Shown here piece by piece: positions 47,717-57,347 of a stretch of DNA of 64,000 nucleotides (position 1 is its first letter; the number at the start of each line of letters is the position of its first letter). Under the pieces are notes generated by a model that saw only the letters and a list, made by a program, of their open reading frames with translations, did no database searches and was not told the DNA's origin. The DNA is from Candidatus Omnitrophota bacterium (GTDB lineage: Bacteria; Omnitrophota; Gorgyraeia; Gygaellales; Profunditerraquicolaceae). The stretch spans positions 71,903 to 135,902 of the forward strand of contig JAUSED010000003.1 of the NCBI GenBank assembly GCA_030650425.1. The letters run 5' to 3'. The position numbers and the translations under genes are program-made.

Positions 47717-48817
47717 ATGGAAACCTATTTTTTAAAGAACGAAGACCTGTTGAAGTTTTATGAGCGCATAGCCCAGGGATATGAGTTGTATGTGCCTACC
47801 CGGGTTAAATCCCCGATTAAGAAGGATGAATGTGCCTGTAAGTCTGACCTTCCCACCGATGATTTTTTATTAAGAAAATTTTCGCAAATCGGCAAGGAAG
47901 AGATAGTCTTTGGTGATTACCGCGCGGTAGAGCCGACTCGCGCCTTTTTCACGCATTATAAAGAAGAGGTTTGTGAATATTTTGAAGGTAATGACGTAAG
48001 AGAGAAAAAAGAACGGCCCCTTGCTTTGTGCGGCATAAAGAATTGCGATTTATTTTCGTTAAAAGTACAGGATTTTGTATTTTTAGGCGGCAATGAAGCC
48101 GACCCGCTTTATAAGAAAAGAAGGGATGATGCTTTAATCATTGCCGGTGACTGCCCGTATTTCAAAGAAGTTTGTTTTTGCCGGGCATTTGATATCAATC
48201 CCTATCCTACCGAAGGCTTTGATTTTAACCTTTCTCCGTTAAATAACGGCTATCTCCTTGATGTAGCATCGCAAAAAGCGAAAATAATTGTTCTGTCTCT
48301 GAAAAAGCTGTTGATTCCGGCGACATTAGGACAACTTTCGGGAAGGGGGGCAAAGAGAGAGTCGGTAAATATGCGCATGGATGCGCATCTGGTGCCGCAT
48401 AAGATCCCTAAAAAAGAGGTTTTACAAGATATAGTTTTAGCAGGTTACAACTCAGGGGTTTGGGTTGATGAGATGCGCACCTGTGTTGAATGCAACGGTT
48501 GTGTTTTTATGTGCGATACCTGCCACTGTTTTTTACTTTCAGACGACACTTCTTCGGGAAATGCCAGAAAGCTGCGGCTTTGGGATGGCTGCCTGTTAAA
48601 AAATTTTACCAAGGTAGCCGGAGGAGCCAATCCTTTACGTTTACGTTATATGCGGCTGCGTAACCGCTATTTAAAGAAATTTGATTTTTTTGTTGAGAAT
48701 TTAGGGTTTCAAGCCTGCTGCGGTTGCGGCAGGTGTATAGAAGTCTGCCCCGGGAAAATAGATATCCGCCGGATATTACGAAGATTAAATGAAGAAAAAC
48801 ATATACCAACCGGTTAA
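47717..48817 (+). CDS. Fe-S subunit, sulfhydrogenase beta (HydB) / anaerobic sulfite reductase AsrA-like
   Basis: Multiple Cys clusters 'CVECNGCVFMCDTCHC', 'CCGCGRCIEVCPG'. Confidence 0.55.
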   Translation: METYFLKNEDLLKFYERIAQGYELYVPTRVKSPIKKDECACKSDLPTDDFLLRKFSQIGKEEIVFGDYRAVEPTRAFFTHYKEEVCEYFEGNDVREKKERPLALCGIKNCDLFSLKVQDFVFLGGNEADPLYKKRRDDALIIAGDCPYFKEVCFCRAFDINPYPTEGFDFNLSPLNNGYLLDVASQKAKIIVLSLKKLLIPATLGQLSGRGAKRESVNMRMDAHLVPHKIPKKEVLQDIVLAGYNSGVWVDEMRTCVECNGCVFMCDTCHCFLLSDDTSSGNARKLRLWDGCLLKNFTKVAGGANPLRLRYMRLRNRYLKKFDFFVENLGFQACCGCGRCIEVCPGKIDIRRILRRLNEEKHIPTG

Positions 48818-49607
48818 GGCTGTCATCGAAGAAATCATCGAAGAGACAGCCACGATCAAGACTTTCCGGATTAGGCCGGAGGTAGAATTTAGCTTTGCTA
48901 CCGGGCAATTCATCGAAGTGACTGTGCCGGGGGTAGGGGAAGCGCCTTTTACCCCTTCTTCTGATCCGGGAGTCAAGGATAGGCTGGATCTCACGATAAT
49001 GAAAGCAGGCGAGGTTACCTCTAAATTACATAGTATGGGTAAAGGCGGCCTGCTTGGTATCCGCGGGCCCTATGGTAAGGGGTATCCTTTGGATCAATTT
49101 AAAGGAAAAGATATCCTGATTGTCGGCGGCGGCGTGGGCCTGGCGCCCTTACGTTCGTTATTATTCAGCCTTTTTTCCGGGCTTGATCAATACAACAAAG
49201 TTGTCTTACGTTACGGCGCGCGTTCTCCGGCAGATATAGTTTATAAAGCACTCCTTCCTGAATGGGCTAAGCAGGATAAAGTTGATCTTTTAACCAGCGT
49301 TGATGTAGGTGATGCTGGCTGGCAGGGAAATGTGGGGTTGGTGACTACTATCTTAGGCGCTGCCCCGGTAGATTTCGCCAGCGCTATCGGTATAGTTTGC
49401 GGCCCGCCGATTATGATGAAATTCGTTACTTTAAAATTGCTGGATTTAGGTTTTAAGCCGTGCGATATATATTTATCCATGGAGAAGAGTATGTCCTGCG
49501 GCCTGGGTAAATGCGGGCACTGCCGGATCGGGAAATATTACGCCTGTAAAGACGGCCCGGTGTTTACCTATGAACAATTAAAGGATATCCATGACATTTG
49601 GGACTAA
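48789..49607 (+). CDS. FAD/NAD(P)H-binding subunit with C-terminal [2Fe-2S] (HydG/AsrB/PyrK-like)
   Basis: 'ILIVGGGVGLAPL'; 'CGLGKCGHCRIG'. Confidence 0.7.
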   Translation: MKKNIYQPVKAVIEEIIEETATIKTFRIRPEVEFSFATGQFIEVTVPGVGEAPFTPSSDPGVKDRLDLTIMKAGEVTSKLHSMGKGGLLGIRGPYGKGYPLDQFKGKDILIVGGGVGLAPLRSLLFSLFSGLDQYNKVVLRYGARSPADIVYKALLPEWAKQDKVDLLTSVDVGDAGWQGNVGLVTTILGAAPVDFASAIGIVCGPPIMMKFVTLKLLDLGFKPCDIYLSMEKSMSCGLGKCGHCRIGKYYACKDGPVFTYEQLKDIHDIWD

Positions 49608-49611
49608 AGGC

Positions 49612-49668
49612 GAAACAGTTTCCGATCCAAAGCGGAAACTGTTTCCGAGCCAATCGGGAAACAGTTTC
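49612..49668. promoter_or_regulatory. Three tandem palindromes GGAAAC-N-GTTTCC at ~21-22-bp spacing (candidate operator)
   Basis: 'cgaaacagtttccg', 'cggaaactgtttccg', 'gggaaacagtttct' read directly between the hydG-like stop and the ferredoxin start. Confidence 0.4.
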
Positions 49669-49675
49669 TAAGCTT

Positions 49676-50176
49676 ATGCTTATGAAGAGGCTATTTATAG
49701 ACTTAGAGATCTGTAATAAATGCAAAGAGTGTAAGGTTGCCTGCGATTATTTTTATCATCCGCAGAATAACGGGGTTACTTCTTTACGTGAATATGCCAC
49801 CTTTGCCACGATCTGCCGGCATTGTGAAGAAGCGCCTTGCGTGCATGCCTGCTATCATAATGCCTTGGAGCGTGCCTCTGATGGCCACATTAAGCGCTAC
49901 AAAATGCGCTGCACAAGTTGTAAATCCTGTTCAGTGGCTTGCCCGTTTGGGATCATCTACCAGGATTTTATCCCTTACCTTGATTCTAAATGCGATTATT
50001 GTGTAGGTAAAGCTGCAAAAATGCCTGAATGCTCATTTAGCTGCCCGGAAAAAGCCATAGAGGTAAAAGAGGTAGAAGAGAACCTTGAACAAGATATTTA
50101 TTTTGTGGGAGAACATCTGGCAGTGCATACACCTAGATGGTCAAGAGAGGATATACAGCTTCCTAGAAAGAAATGA
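49676..50176 (+). CDS. Poly-ferredoxin-like 4Fe-4S protein (start uncertain)
   Basis: 'CNKCKECKVACD', 'CRHCEEAPCVHAC', 'CTSCKSCSVACP', 'CDYCVGK...CSFSCP'. Confidence 0.6.
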   Translation: MLMKRLFIDLEICNKCKECKVACDYFYHPQNNGVTSLREYATFATICRHCEEAPCVHACYHNALERASDGHIKRYKMRCTSCKSCSVACPFGIIYQDFIPYLDSKCDYCVGKAAKMPECSFSCPEKAIEVKEVEENLEQDIYFVGEHLAVHTPRWSREDIQLPRKK

Positions 50177-51084
50177 AATATATTCTTTACTACTTAATAT
50201 TCCCGGGTTTTTTATTCAGTTCAATAGTGGGACTCTTAGCCTGTTGGGTTGACAGGAAAGTTACCGCGCGCTTACAGTGGAGGGTTGGCCCGCCGTGGCA
50301 TCAGAATTTCACCGATCTAGTAAAATTGTTAGGTAAGGAAGTGATTGTGCCCGAAAGCGCAAAGTTAACCTTTTTACTTTCACCTTATCTTGGATTGATT
50401 AGCGTGGTATTAGTTTGCACCGGATTAGGCAGGATAATCATTTTACCGCTGGATAGTTTCGGAGTAGATTTAATCGTATTCTTTTATCTTTTGACTGTTC
50501 CGGCAATAGCTCTGATTATCGGAGCATCGGCTTCAAGAAACCCATTGGCTTCGGTGGGGGCGTCAAGAGAAGCCAAACTCATCCTGGCTTATGAACTGCC
50601 TTTTATTTTGGCAATCATTGTTGTGGTAATCAAAAGTAGAGGCGCAATACAAATAGGCCAGATTATCCAATATCAGATGATCTTTGGTTCAAACCTTTTC
50701 TCTATCTCAGGATTTTTAAGCTTCATTGCCGCCATTTTTTGCATTCAGGCAAAGCTAGGGACGGGCCTTTTTGATATTGCTGAGGCGGATCAGGAGATTA
50801 TGTGCGGTACTTTGATTGAATACTCGGGGCTCCCCCTGGCAATCTTTAAACTGACCAAGGCGCTCATGCTTTATATTGTCCCGCTTTTTATCATTGTTTT
50901 ATTTCTAGGCCGCGATTTAAGCCCGGTATTCTTAACCGCCAAATATTTGATGTTGTTAGTGATCATCATTTTGTTTAAAAATACAAATCCGCGTTTGCGT
51001 ATTGATCAGGCCTTAAGGTTCTTCTGGAGGATACCGACGCTTCTGGCGGGAGCAGCTGTGGTGTTAGCGATATGCGGATTATAA
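50173..51084 (+). CDS. Ech/Mbh hydrogenase membrane subunit (NuoH/EchB/HycD family)
   Basis: 'KVTARLQWRVGPP' NuoH-family N-terminal motif. Confidence 0.8.
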   Translation: MKYILYYLIFPGFLFSSIVGLLACWVDRKVTARLQWRVGPPWHQNFTDLVKLLGKEVIVPESAKLTFLLSPYLGLISVVLVCTGLGRIIILPLDSFGVDLIVFFYLLTVPAIALIIGASASRNPLASVGASREAKLILAYELPFILAIIVVVIKSRGAIQIGQIIQYQMIFGSNLFSISGFLSFIAAIFCIQAKLGTGLFDIAEADQEIMCGTLIEYSGLPLAIFKLTKALMLYIVPLFIIVLFLGRDLSPVFLTAKYLMLLVIIILFKNTNPRLRIDQALRFFWRIPTLLAGAAVVLAICGL

Positions 51085-51085
51085 T

Positions 51086-51511
51086 ATGGATATAAGAAAA
51101 AAAGCCTTAACGAAGTCCATTTGGGTATTTCATGTAAGCGCAGGCTCATGCAATAACTGCGACATAGAAATATTCGATTGTTTTACCCCCCGGTTTGATG
51201 TCGAGCGTTTGGGCATTCAGCTTGCCGGTTCAGTTCGTCATGCCGACGCGCTCTTGATCACGGGAGTAATCAACAAAAAAACCATCCCCATCGTGAAAAA
51301 GATTTACGAACAGGCGCCCAAGCCCTGTATGGTGATCGCCTGCGGCATCTGCGCTAATTCGCAGCATATGTTCAGGTTTGGTTATAATGTGGAAAAACCC
51401 TTGGATAAAATACTGCCGGTTGATGTCTATATTCCGGGTTGTCCGCCTAAACCCGAAGCGATAATTTCAGGCATTGTGAAGTTGATAGATAAGCTAAAGA
51501 AAGGTAAGTAG
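51086..51511 (+). CDS. [NiFe] hydrogenase small subunit (NuoB/EchC-like)
   Basis: 'GSCNNCDIE', 'ACGICANS', 'IPGCPP'. Confidence 0.85.
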   Translation: MDIRKKALTKSIWVFHVSAGSCNNCDIEIFDCFTPRFDVERLGIQLAGSVRHADALLITGVINKKTIPIVKKIYEQAPKPCMVIACGICANSQHMFRFGYNVEKPLDKILPVDVYIPGCPPKPEAIISGIVKLIDKLKKGK

Positions 51512-51515
51512 GCTT

Positions 51516-51944
51516 ATGGATATGCGGGATAGGATTAAAGAGAAGCTGCAGGATAAGCTAAGCGATTGGCTTGAGCCCTCTATTAAAAGGGTATATTTCA
51601 GCATAGACAAAAAAGATATCTTTAAGGTGACACAGGTATTGTTTAAAGAATTACAGCTAAGGTTTATTACGGCTTCAGCCGTGGATAACCCCGATTCTCT
51701 GGGAATTGTTTATCACTTTAGCAATGACCCCGCCGGCGAGGTTTATTCCGTGCGCGTTTTACTAGAGGATAAAATTAAACCCGAGATCCAATCGATCAGC
51801 CCTATTTTTCCGGCTGCGGAGTGGATCGAGCGCGAGATTTGGGAGATGTTCGGGATCAATTTTATCGGGCATCCTAATTTAAAGAAGCTTCTACTTGCCG
51901 ATGATTGGCCGGAGGGCGAGTATCCCTTGAGGAATAAAAAATGA
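51516..51944 (+). CDS. Hydrogenase NuoC-like subunit (EchD-like)
   Basis: 'AAEWIEREIWEMFGINFIGHP'. Confidence 0.8.
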   Translation: MDMRDRIKEKLQDKLSDWLEPSIKRVYFSIDKKDIFKVTQVLFKELQLRFITASAVDNPDSLGIVYHFSNDPAGEVYSVRVLLEDKIKPEIQSISPIFPAAEWIEREIWEMFGINFIGHPNLKKLLLADDWPEGEYPLRNKK

Positions 51945-53149
51945 GCCATAAAATCATCGTACCCATAGGGCCGTATCATCCATTGCAGGACGAGCCGGAG
52001 TTTTTCCAGCTTTATGTGGAAGGAGAAAAGGTAGTTGATATTGATATTATTATCGGGTATAACCACCGCGGGATAGAGAAACTTTCTGAATCCAAGCATT
52101 TTGATCAAGTTCCGTTTTTAGTCGAACGTATCTGCGGTATTTGTTCGTCAAGCCATCCCTACGCTTATTGCTTAGCGGTAGAGAATATTTTAGGCGGAGA
52201 GATAAATATTGTCCCCGAGAAAGCGCTGTATATCCGCACAATTATCGATGAATTGCAGCGGATTCACAGCCATCTTTTGTGGCTGGGCCTGGCCGGGCAC
52301 TTTATAGGATATAACACTGTTTGGATGTGGGCCTGGAAATACCGCGAGCCGGTATTGGATATGTTTGAAATGGTAACCGGTAACCGGAACAATTATGCTA
52401 TGTTTAAAATCGGCGGGGTCAGGCGCGATATAAAAGACGAAGATATCCCCCTATTAAGAAAAATGCTCGATGAATTACTTCCTGCCGTAGATTTGTTTCG
52501 CGGGGCGGTAATGGATGATCCGGTAATTAAGATGAGATTGAAAGATGTCGGGACTTTAACTTATCAGCAGGCAGTTGATTGGTGCGTGGTTGGGCCGACT
52601 GCCCGCGCCTCCGGAGTTAATATCGATATCCGTAGAGACGACCCTTACGGGGTAACCGAGCGGCTTGATTGGAATGTGATTTTGGAAAAAGACGGTGATA
52701 TATTTTCTAAGACCATAGTCAGGATTCTTGAACTTTACGAGAGTATAAGCATTATCCGGCAGTCTCTGGATAAGATGCCTAAGTCCGGGGTAATTGATGC
52801 CGAGGTCAAAGATATCCCCGAAGGCGAAGGTATCGGCAGGGTTGAAGCTCCCAGAGGCGAATGTTTCCACTATATCAAAAGTGACGGAACAAATCAACCA
52901 GTCAGGCATAAGGTTCGCTCCCCGAGCTTTATGAATGTGGCTTCGGATAAAGTATCTGCCGTAGGAGGGACAATCTCTGACGCGACGATTACTTTAGCCG
53001 CGGTTGATCCCTGTTATTGCTGCACAGAGCGAGTGGCGGTGATCAACAAAATAAATAATCGCAAGGTGATGAATGGCTGGGATCTGGTTAAGCTCTCTCA
53101 AGAAAAGACCCTTAAGCTAAAGGAGGGTTACCATGGCAGACCTAAATAG
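51941..53149 (+). CDS. Group 4 [NiFe] hydrogenase large subunit (EchE/MbhL-like) with intact Ni-Fe ligands
   Basis: 'RICGICSSSHPYAY' and C-terminal 'DPCYCCTER'. Confidence 0.85.
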   Translation: MSHKIIVPIGPYHPLQDEPEFFQLYVEGEKVVDIDIIIGYNHRGIEKLSESKHFDQVPFLVERICGICSSSHPYAYCLAVENILGGEINIVPEKALYIRTIIDELQRIHSHLLWLGLAGHFIGYNTVWMWAWKYREPVLDMFEMVTGNRNNYAMFKIGGVRRDIKDEDIPLLRKMLDELLPAVDLFRGAVMDDPVIKMRLKDVGTLTYQQAVDWCVVGPTARASGVNIDIRRDDPYGVTERLDWNVILEKDGDIFSKTIVRILELYESISIIRQSLDKMPKSGVIDAEVKDIPEGEGIGRVEAPRGECFHYIKSDGTNQPVRHKVRSPSFMNVASDKVSAVGGTISDATITLAAVDPCYCCTERVAVINKINNRKVMNGWDLVKLSQEKTLKLKEGYHGRPK

Positions 53150-53750
53150 TATTAAGGATAAGATTATCCGCATGAGCAGAAGCGCGTCTACTATGTGGCA
53201 GCTTACTTACGGCGCCTTTATTGAGCACGACGTGGAGTTGATCGCTAAGGCGCTGGAAGAGGAGAATAAACTTAACTCTTTGGAAGAAGAGATTAACAAA
53301 AGCATTATTGATTTAGGGCGTACTAAATTTACACGGGAGGAGAAGGCGCGGGTAATAGCTTACGCCGATATCGCGGCGGATTTTGAGTTAATCGGGGACT
53401 ATTGTAAAGATATCTTGGAAAGAATCCAGATTAAAATAGAAGAGAAGCTCCTTTTTAGCGAGGATGCCGTTAAAGAATATAAAGAGCTCTATAATAAAAC
53501 AAAAGACGCCCTTGAAGAAGTGGTTTTTGTCCTGGAAAAGGACAATCTGGCGTTGATCAAAGAGGTGTTGCGCGAAGAGGAACATATTGACGGCCTTGTA
53601 GATAAATATCGCCAACATCACAGCCAGAGGATACTTGCCGGAGCGTGCACTCCGATGAGCTGTAATATGTTTTTAAATATGCTGGATTTTACGGCCGCGG
53701 TTTATTATCATATTAAAAAAATCGCTAAAAGCCTGCTTAAAATAAAATGA
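53133..53750 (+). CDS. PhoU-domain protein embedded in the hydrogenase operon
   Basis: Two helical repeats with 'ADFELIGDYCKDILERI' and 'LDFTAAVYYHIKKIAKSL' PhoU-like motifs. Confidence 0.45.
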   Translation: MADLNSIKDKIIRMSRSASTMWQLTYGAFIEHDVELIAKALEEENKLNSLEEEINKSIIDLGRTKFTREEKARVIAYADIAADFELIGDYCKDILERIQIKIEEKLLFSEDAVKEYKELYNKTKDALEEVVFVLEKDNLALIKEVLREEEHIDGLVDKYRQHHSQRILAGACTPMSCNMFLNMLDFTAAVYYHIKKIAKSLLKIK

Positions 53751-55462
53751 TGAGCTTAAGCTTATTTTTTCTTTTTTCTCTTCCTTTCATCGGAGGCCTG
53801 TCCCTATTTTTTGTCGGCCGGCAGGATAATTTACGGAAGAATTTAAGCTTAGTTATATTTCTATTGAGTTTGTGTTCGTCCGTTTATTTATTATTCAGGC
53901 CCGAGGCCTCTTGGAGCAGGTATATTTTTAACGGTTATACCCTTACGCTTGGCCTGGGTAAGCTTAGCCGCCTGATTCTTTTTTCCGCCAACCTCATCAG
54001 CGCGTTAATTTGCCTGTATTCTAAAGATTATATTTCCGTCAAGCGTGGATATTACTCATGGTTTCTTTGGTTGTTAGCTCTCTCTAACCTACAGATATTG
54101 GCAACAGATTTTATTCTGTTTGTTCTTTCTTGGGTTGGTTCAATCTTTATACTTTACGCGCTGCTTAATCCGGGTTCACGTTCCAGCGCCAGGAAAGCCG
54201 CGACGATCTTAGGTTTCTCCTGCCTTTGTTTTATGATTGGCGCGTATATTTATTGCAGATTCAGCGGTTCAACCAGTATGTCAGCCGGTATGAGCATGGT
54301 TTTGAACAGGCCGATTTGCTGGTTGGCTTTTAGCCTTATGCTGATCGGCGCTTTGGCCAAGACAGACGCGTGGCCTTTTCATACCTGGGTTCCTGCCGCA
54401 AGCGAGAGCGCGCCGGTTACGGTTATGGCTATTTTACCCGCATCTTTGGACAAATTAATCGGCGTTTATTTATTATCACGGATATGTTTGGATTTATTTA
54501 TTTTGAACGGTTTTGTAGTTGCTATTCTGCTGATTATCGGCAGTCTTACGATCATCATCGCCGCGATGCTGGCTCTTACGCAGCATGACTTAAGAAAGAT
54601 GCTCTCATATTATACTATCAGCCAGGCAGGTTATATGGTTTTAGGCATTGCTACAGCGAATGCGGTAGGAATAGTAGGCGCGATATTTCATATGTTTAAT
54701 AATGCCATCTATCAGAATGGGCTTTTTCTTGTTGGGGGCGCGGTAGAGAAGGAAAAGGGGAGTTGGGATCTGGGGAAATTAGGCGGCCTGGCCCGTTATA
54801 TGCCGCTTACCTTTGTTAGCGGTTTAGTCTTCGCGCTCTCTATTTCAGGCGTTCCTCCTTTTAACGGTTTTGCTTCTAAGTGGATGATTTATCAGGGGGT
54901 CTTCTTAGGATTGACTTCATCCGGGCATTTTTGGTTACGTTTTGTTTATCTGTTTGCCCTGGTCGCGGCAATGTTTGGCAGCACATTTACCTTAGCCAGC
55001 TTCCTAAAATTCATTCACGCCATCTTCCTGGGACAGGATAATCATCCCGAAAAGAAACCCTCCGGCGAAACTTACCGGGGGATGCTTATTCCTTTATTGA
55101 TTTTATCCGGGCTTTGCATCATCTTGGGCGTATTCTCGAATTATTTTATTAAAAACCTCCTCGCCCCGTCTTTTTCATTCGTTTTAGATTATGGCGGAAG
55201 ATGGAATAGCCTATTTGTCGCTTTATTTTTTGCCGGCGCTTTAATTTTGGGATTTATTTTATGGCGCCTGACTTCCGGCGCCAGGAAGGTGAGAGAGGAC
55301 GGTTTTTTTATAGGAGGAGAGTCAGTCTCTGGCCGCCCTGTTTTTCCGGCCACGGAGTTTTATAAAACTATCGAAGAAATCCCCTTATTCCGCGCAGCTT
55401 ACAATTTTGTTAAATCTAAAGAATGGGATCTAAGGCGGATTATTAAAAGAAAGAAAGAATAA
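53747..55462 (+). CDS. Antiporter-like membrane subunit (NuoL/EchA/MbhH family)
   Basis: 'WPFHTWVPAASESAPVTV' motif; ~16 TM. Confidence 0.75.
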   Translation: MMSLSLFFLFSLPFIGGLSLFFVGRQDNLRKNLSLVIFLLSLCSSVYLLFRPEASWSRYIFNGYTLTLGLGKLSRLILFSANLISALICLYSKDYISVKRGYYSWFLWLLALSNLQILATDFILFVLSWVGSIFILYALLNPGSRSSARKAATILGFSCLCFMIGAYIYCRFSGSTSMSAGMSMVLNRPICWLAFSLMLIGALAKTDAWPFHTWVPAASESAPVTVMAILPASLDKLIGVYLLSRICLDLFILNGFVVAILLIIGSLTIIIAAMLALTQHDLRKMLSYYTISQAGYMVLGIATANAVGIVGAIFHMFNNAIYQNGLFLVGGAVEKEKGSWDLGKLGGLARYMPLTFVSGLVFALSISGVPPFNGFASKWMIYQGVFLGLTSSGHFWLRFVYLFALVAAMFGSTFTLASFLKFIHAIFLGQDNHPEKKPSGETYRGMLIPLLILSGLCIILGVFSNYFIKNLLAPSFSFVLDYGGRWNSLFVALFFAGALILGFILWRLTSGARKVREDGFFIGGESVSGRPVFPATEFYKTIEEIPLFRAAYNFVKSKEWDLRRIIKRKKE

Positions 55463-56082
55463 TGCGGCTACCCAAGGTAAGAGAATTAAAAGAGGCAATA
55501 AAATCGTTATTTAGTCCGGCTTACACCAGCGATTTTCCGCGTAAGCCGCATATTCCCTACGAGCGGTTCCGGGGAAGGCCATACTTTCACGAAGAGGATT
55601 GCACAGGCTGCACTGCCTGCGCTCAGGTCTGCCCGGCTAAGGCAATCGAGATCAATGATGAGATAAAAGGAGCTCTGGCTAAAAGAAAGTTGACTGTGCA
55701 TTGGGACATTTGCATATTTTGCGGGCAATGCCAGGCGAATTGCCTGACTGCAAAGGGCATCATGCTTTCGCGGGAGTTTGATTTAGCCACGACGGAAAAG
55801 AGGGAGGACTTAAAGCAGACAATCGAGAAAGAATTTGTGCTTTGCGAATCTTGCGCTGAGCCGATTGTTCCTTATGATCAATACGTCTGGGTAGCTAAAA
55901 AATTAGGCCCGTTATCTTTTACTAACGCGTCGCTATTATTGTTTTATCTAAGAAGCATCGGGTTGGCCTTAAAAGAAAGGATCCACCCCGGTCCCGGCAG
56001 TAAACCCGCGGCAATCAACCGCTCCACGCGCATCAAGACCCTTTGTCCCCGCTGCCGGCGCGAGGCAGTGCTTAAATCATAA
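55462..56082 (+). CDS. 2x[4Fe-4S] ferredoxin subunit (NuoI/EchF-like) with extra Cys-rich C-terminal extension
   Basis: 'CTGCTACAQVCP', 'CIFCGQCQANC', plus 'CESCAEP...CPRCRRE'. Confidence 0.75.
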   Translation: MRLPKVRELKEAIKSLFSPAYTSDFPRKPHIPYERFRGRPYFHEEDCTGCTACAQVCPAKAIEINDEIKGALAKRKLTVHWDICIFCGQCQANCLTAKGIMLSREFDLATTEKREDLKQTIEKEFVLCESCAEPIVPYDQYVWVAKKLGPLSFTNASLLLFYLRSIGLALKERIHPGPGSKPAAINRSTRIKTLCPRCRREAVLKS

Positions 56083-56086
56083 AAAT

Positions 56087-57283
56087 ATGTTTTCATCTTT
56101 ACAGGTTAGAAACTTCCGCGTTTATTGGTTTGGGATGTTTGTTTCGCTCATCGGCACCTGGATCCAGCAGGTAGCCCAGAGTTGGCTGGTTTTTGAGCTT
56201 ACTAATTCAGCTTTCCTGCTGGGAGTGGTTGGATTTTTAGGCTCTATCCCCATATTCTTCCTTTCATTATTCGGAGGTGTCTTAGCCGACCGCCTGAACA
56301 AAAGAAATATCCTTATTCTGACGCAAAGTATCTTTATGCTTTTGGCATTCGCGTTAGCTATTCTTACCCAGACTAAATTCATTACTCCAGCTCAAATTAT
56401 GCTTATCGCTCTGCTTAACGGTGCCGTCATGGCTTTTGACGCGCCTACCCGACAGGCAATGGTGGTGGAGTTGGTTGGTAAAACCCATTTATTTAATGCT
56501 ATCGCTTTAAATTCCATCTCTTTTAATTCTTCGCGGATTATCGGCCCGGCCATCGCAGGAATATTAGTGGCAAGTACCGGGATGAGCGGATGTTTCTATA
56601 TCAACGCGATAAGTTTCTTAGCGGTAATCATCGCCCTCTGGACGATTAAAATTAATCAAGGTGAAAATACCAGTAAATCCAAAAGCGCTTATGAAGATTT
56701 AAAGGAAGGGCTTATTTTTATTAAGAATCACCGTTTGATATTAGCTTTAATTTCGATGGTCGCGGTAGTCAGCCTTTTCGGGGTGGCCCATATTATACTG
56801 ATGCCTATATTCGCCAATGATATCCTTAAGGTGGGAGTGAAAGGTTTAGCCACTTTGATGTCTGTCTCGGGAGCCGGAGCGCTCGTCGGAGCGCTGATCT
56901 TGGCCCGGCTGGGAGATTTTAAATTTAAAGGCAAACTATTATCTTTTTCGAATTTGTTATTCTCCGTATCTTTGGTGATTTTCTCTCTCTCCAAAATATA
57001 TTGGCTGTCGTTAGTTACCTTATTTTTTGTCGGAGGGGCAAGCGTAACTTCCATTGCCGTAGTAAATACGATCTTGCAGATCAGGGTTGAAGATAAATTT
57101 AGAGGCAGGGTAATGAGCGTATTTATGGTTACCTTTGCCGGCTTTATGCCTTTCGGAAATTTGATTGCCGGAAGCCTTGCCCAAGGCTTGGGTGTATCTT
57201 TTGCGGTTATGCTCGGTGGACTCATCTGTACCGCATTTTTCCTGACGGTGAACATTTTGTTCCCTAAAATTAGAGAGATTTGA
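56087..57283 (+). CDS. MFS transporter
   Basis: 12 TM; 'GVLADRLNKR' MFS loop. Confidence 0.8.
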   Translation: MFSSLQVRNFRVYWFGMFVSLIGTWIQQVAQSWLVFELTNSAFLLGVVGFLGSIPIFFLSLFGGVLADRLNKRNILILTQSIFMLLAFALAILTQTKFITPAQIMLIALLNGAVMAFDAPTRQAMVVELVGKTHLFNAIALNSISFNSSRIIGPAIAGILVASTGMSGCFYINAISFLAVIIALWTIKINQGENTSKSKSAYEDLKEGLIFIKNHRLILALISMVAVVSLFGVAHIILMPIFANDILKVGVKGLATLMSVSGAGALVGALILARLGDFKFKGKLLSFSNLLFSVSLVIFSLSKIYWLSLVTLFFVGGASVTSIAVVNTILQIRVEDKFRGRVMSVFMVTFAGFMPFGNLIAGSLAQGLGVSFAVMLGGLICTAFFLTVNILFPKIREI

Positions 57284-57347
57284 TAAAAAGGGTTGCTTTT
57301 TTTAGAGAATTTGCTAAAATTAAATTAACCAATAAGGAGGTGAGTAA

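Noticed and set aside
49598-49675. ORF-track N-terminus MGLKAKQFPIQSGNCFRANRETVSKL of the ferredoxin gene
   Set aside because: It reads across the triple palindrome. The ferredoxin more plausibly starts at the ATG at 49676/49682.
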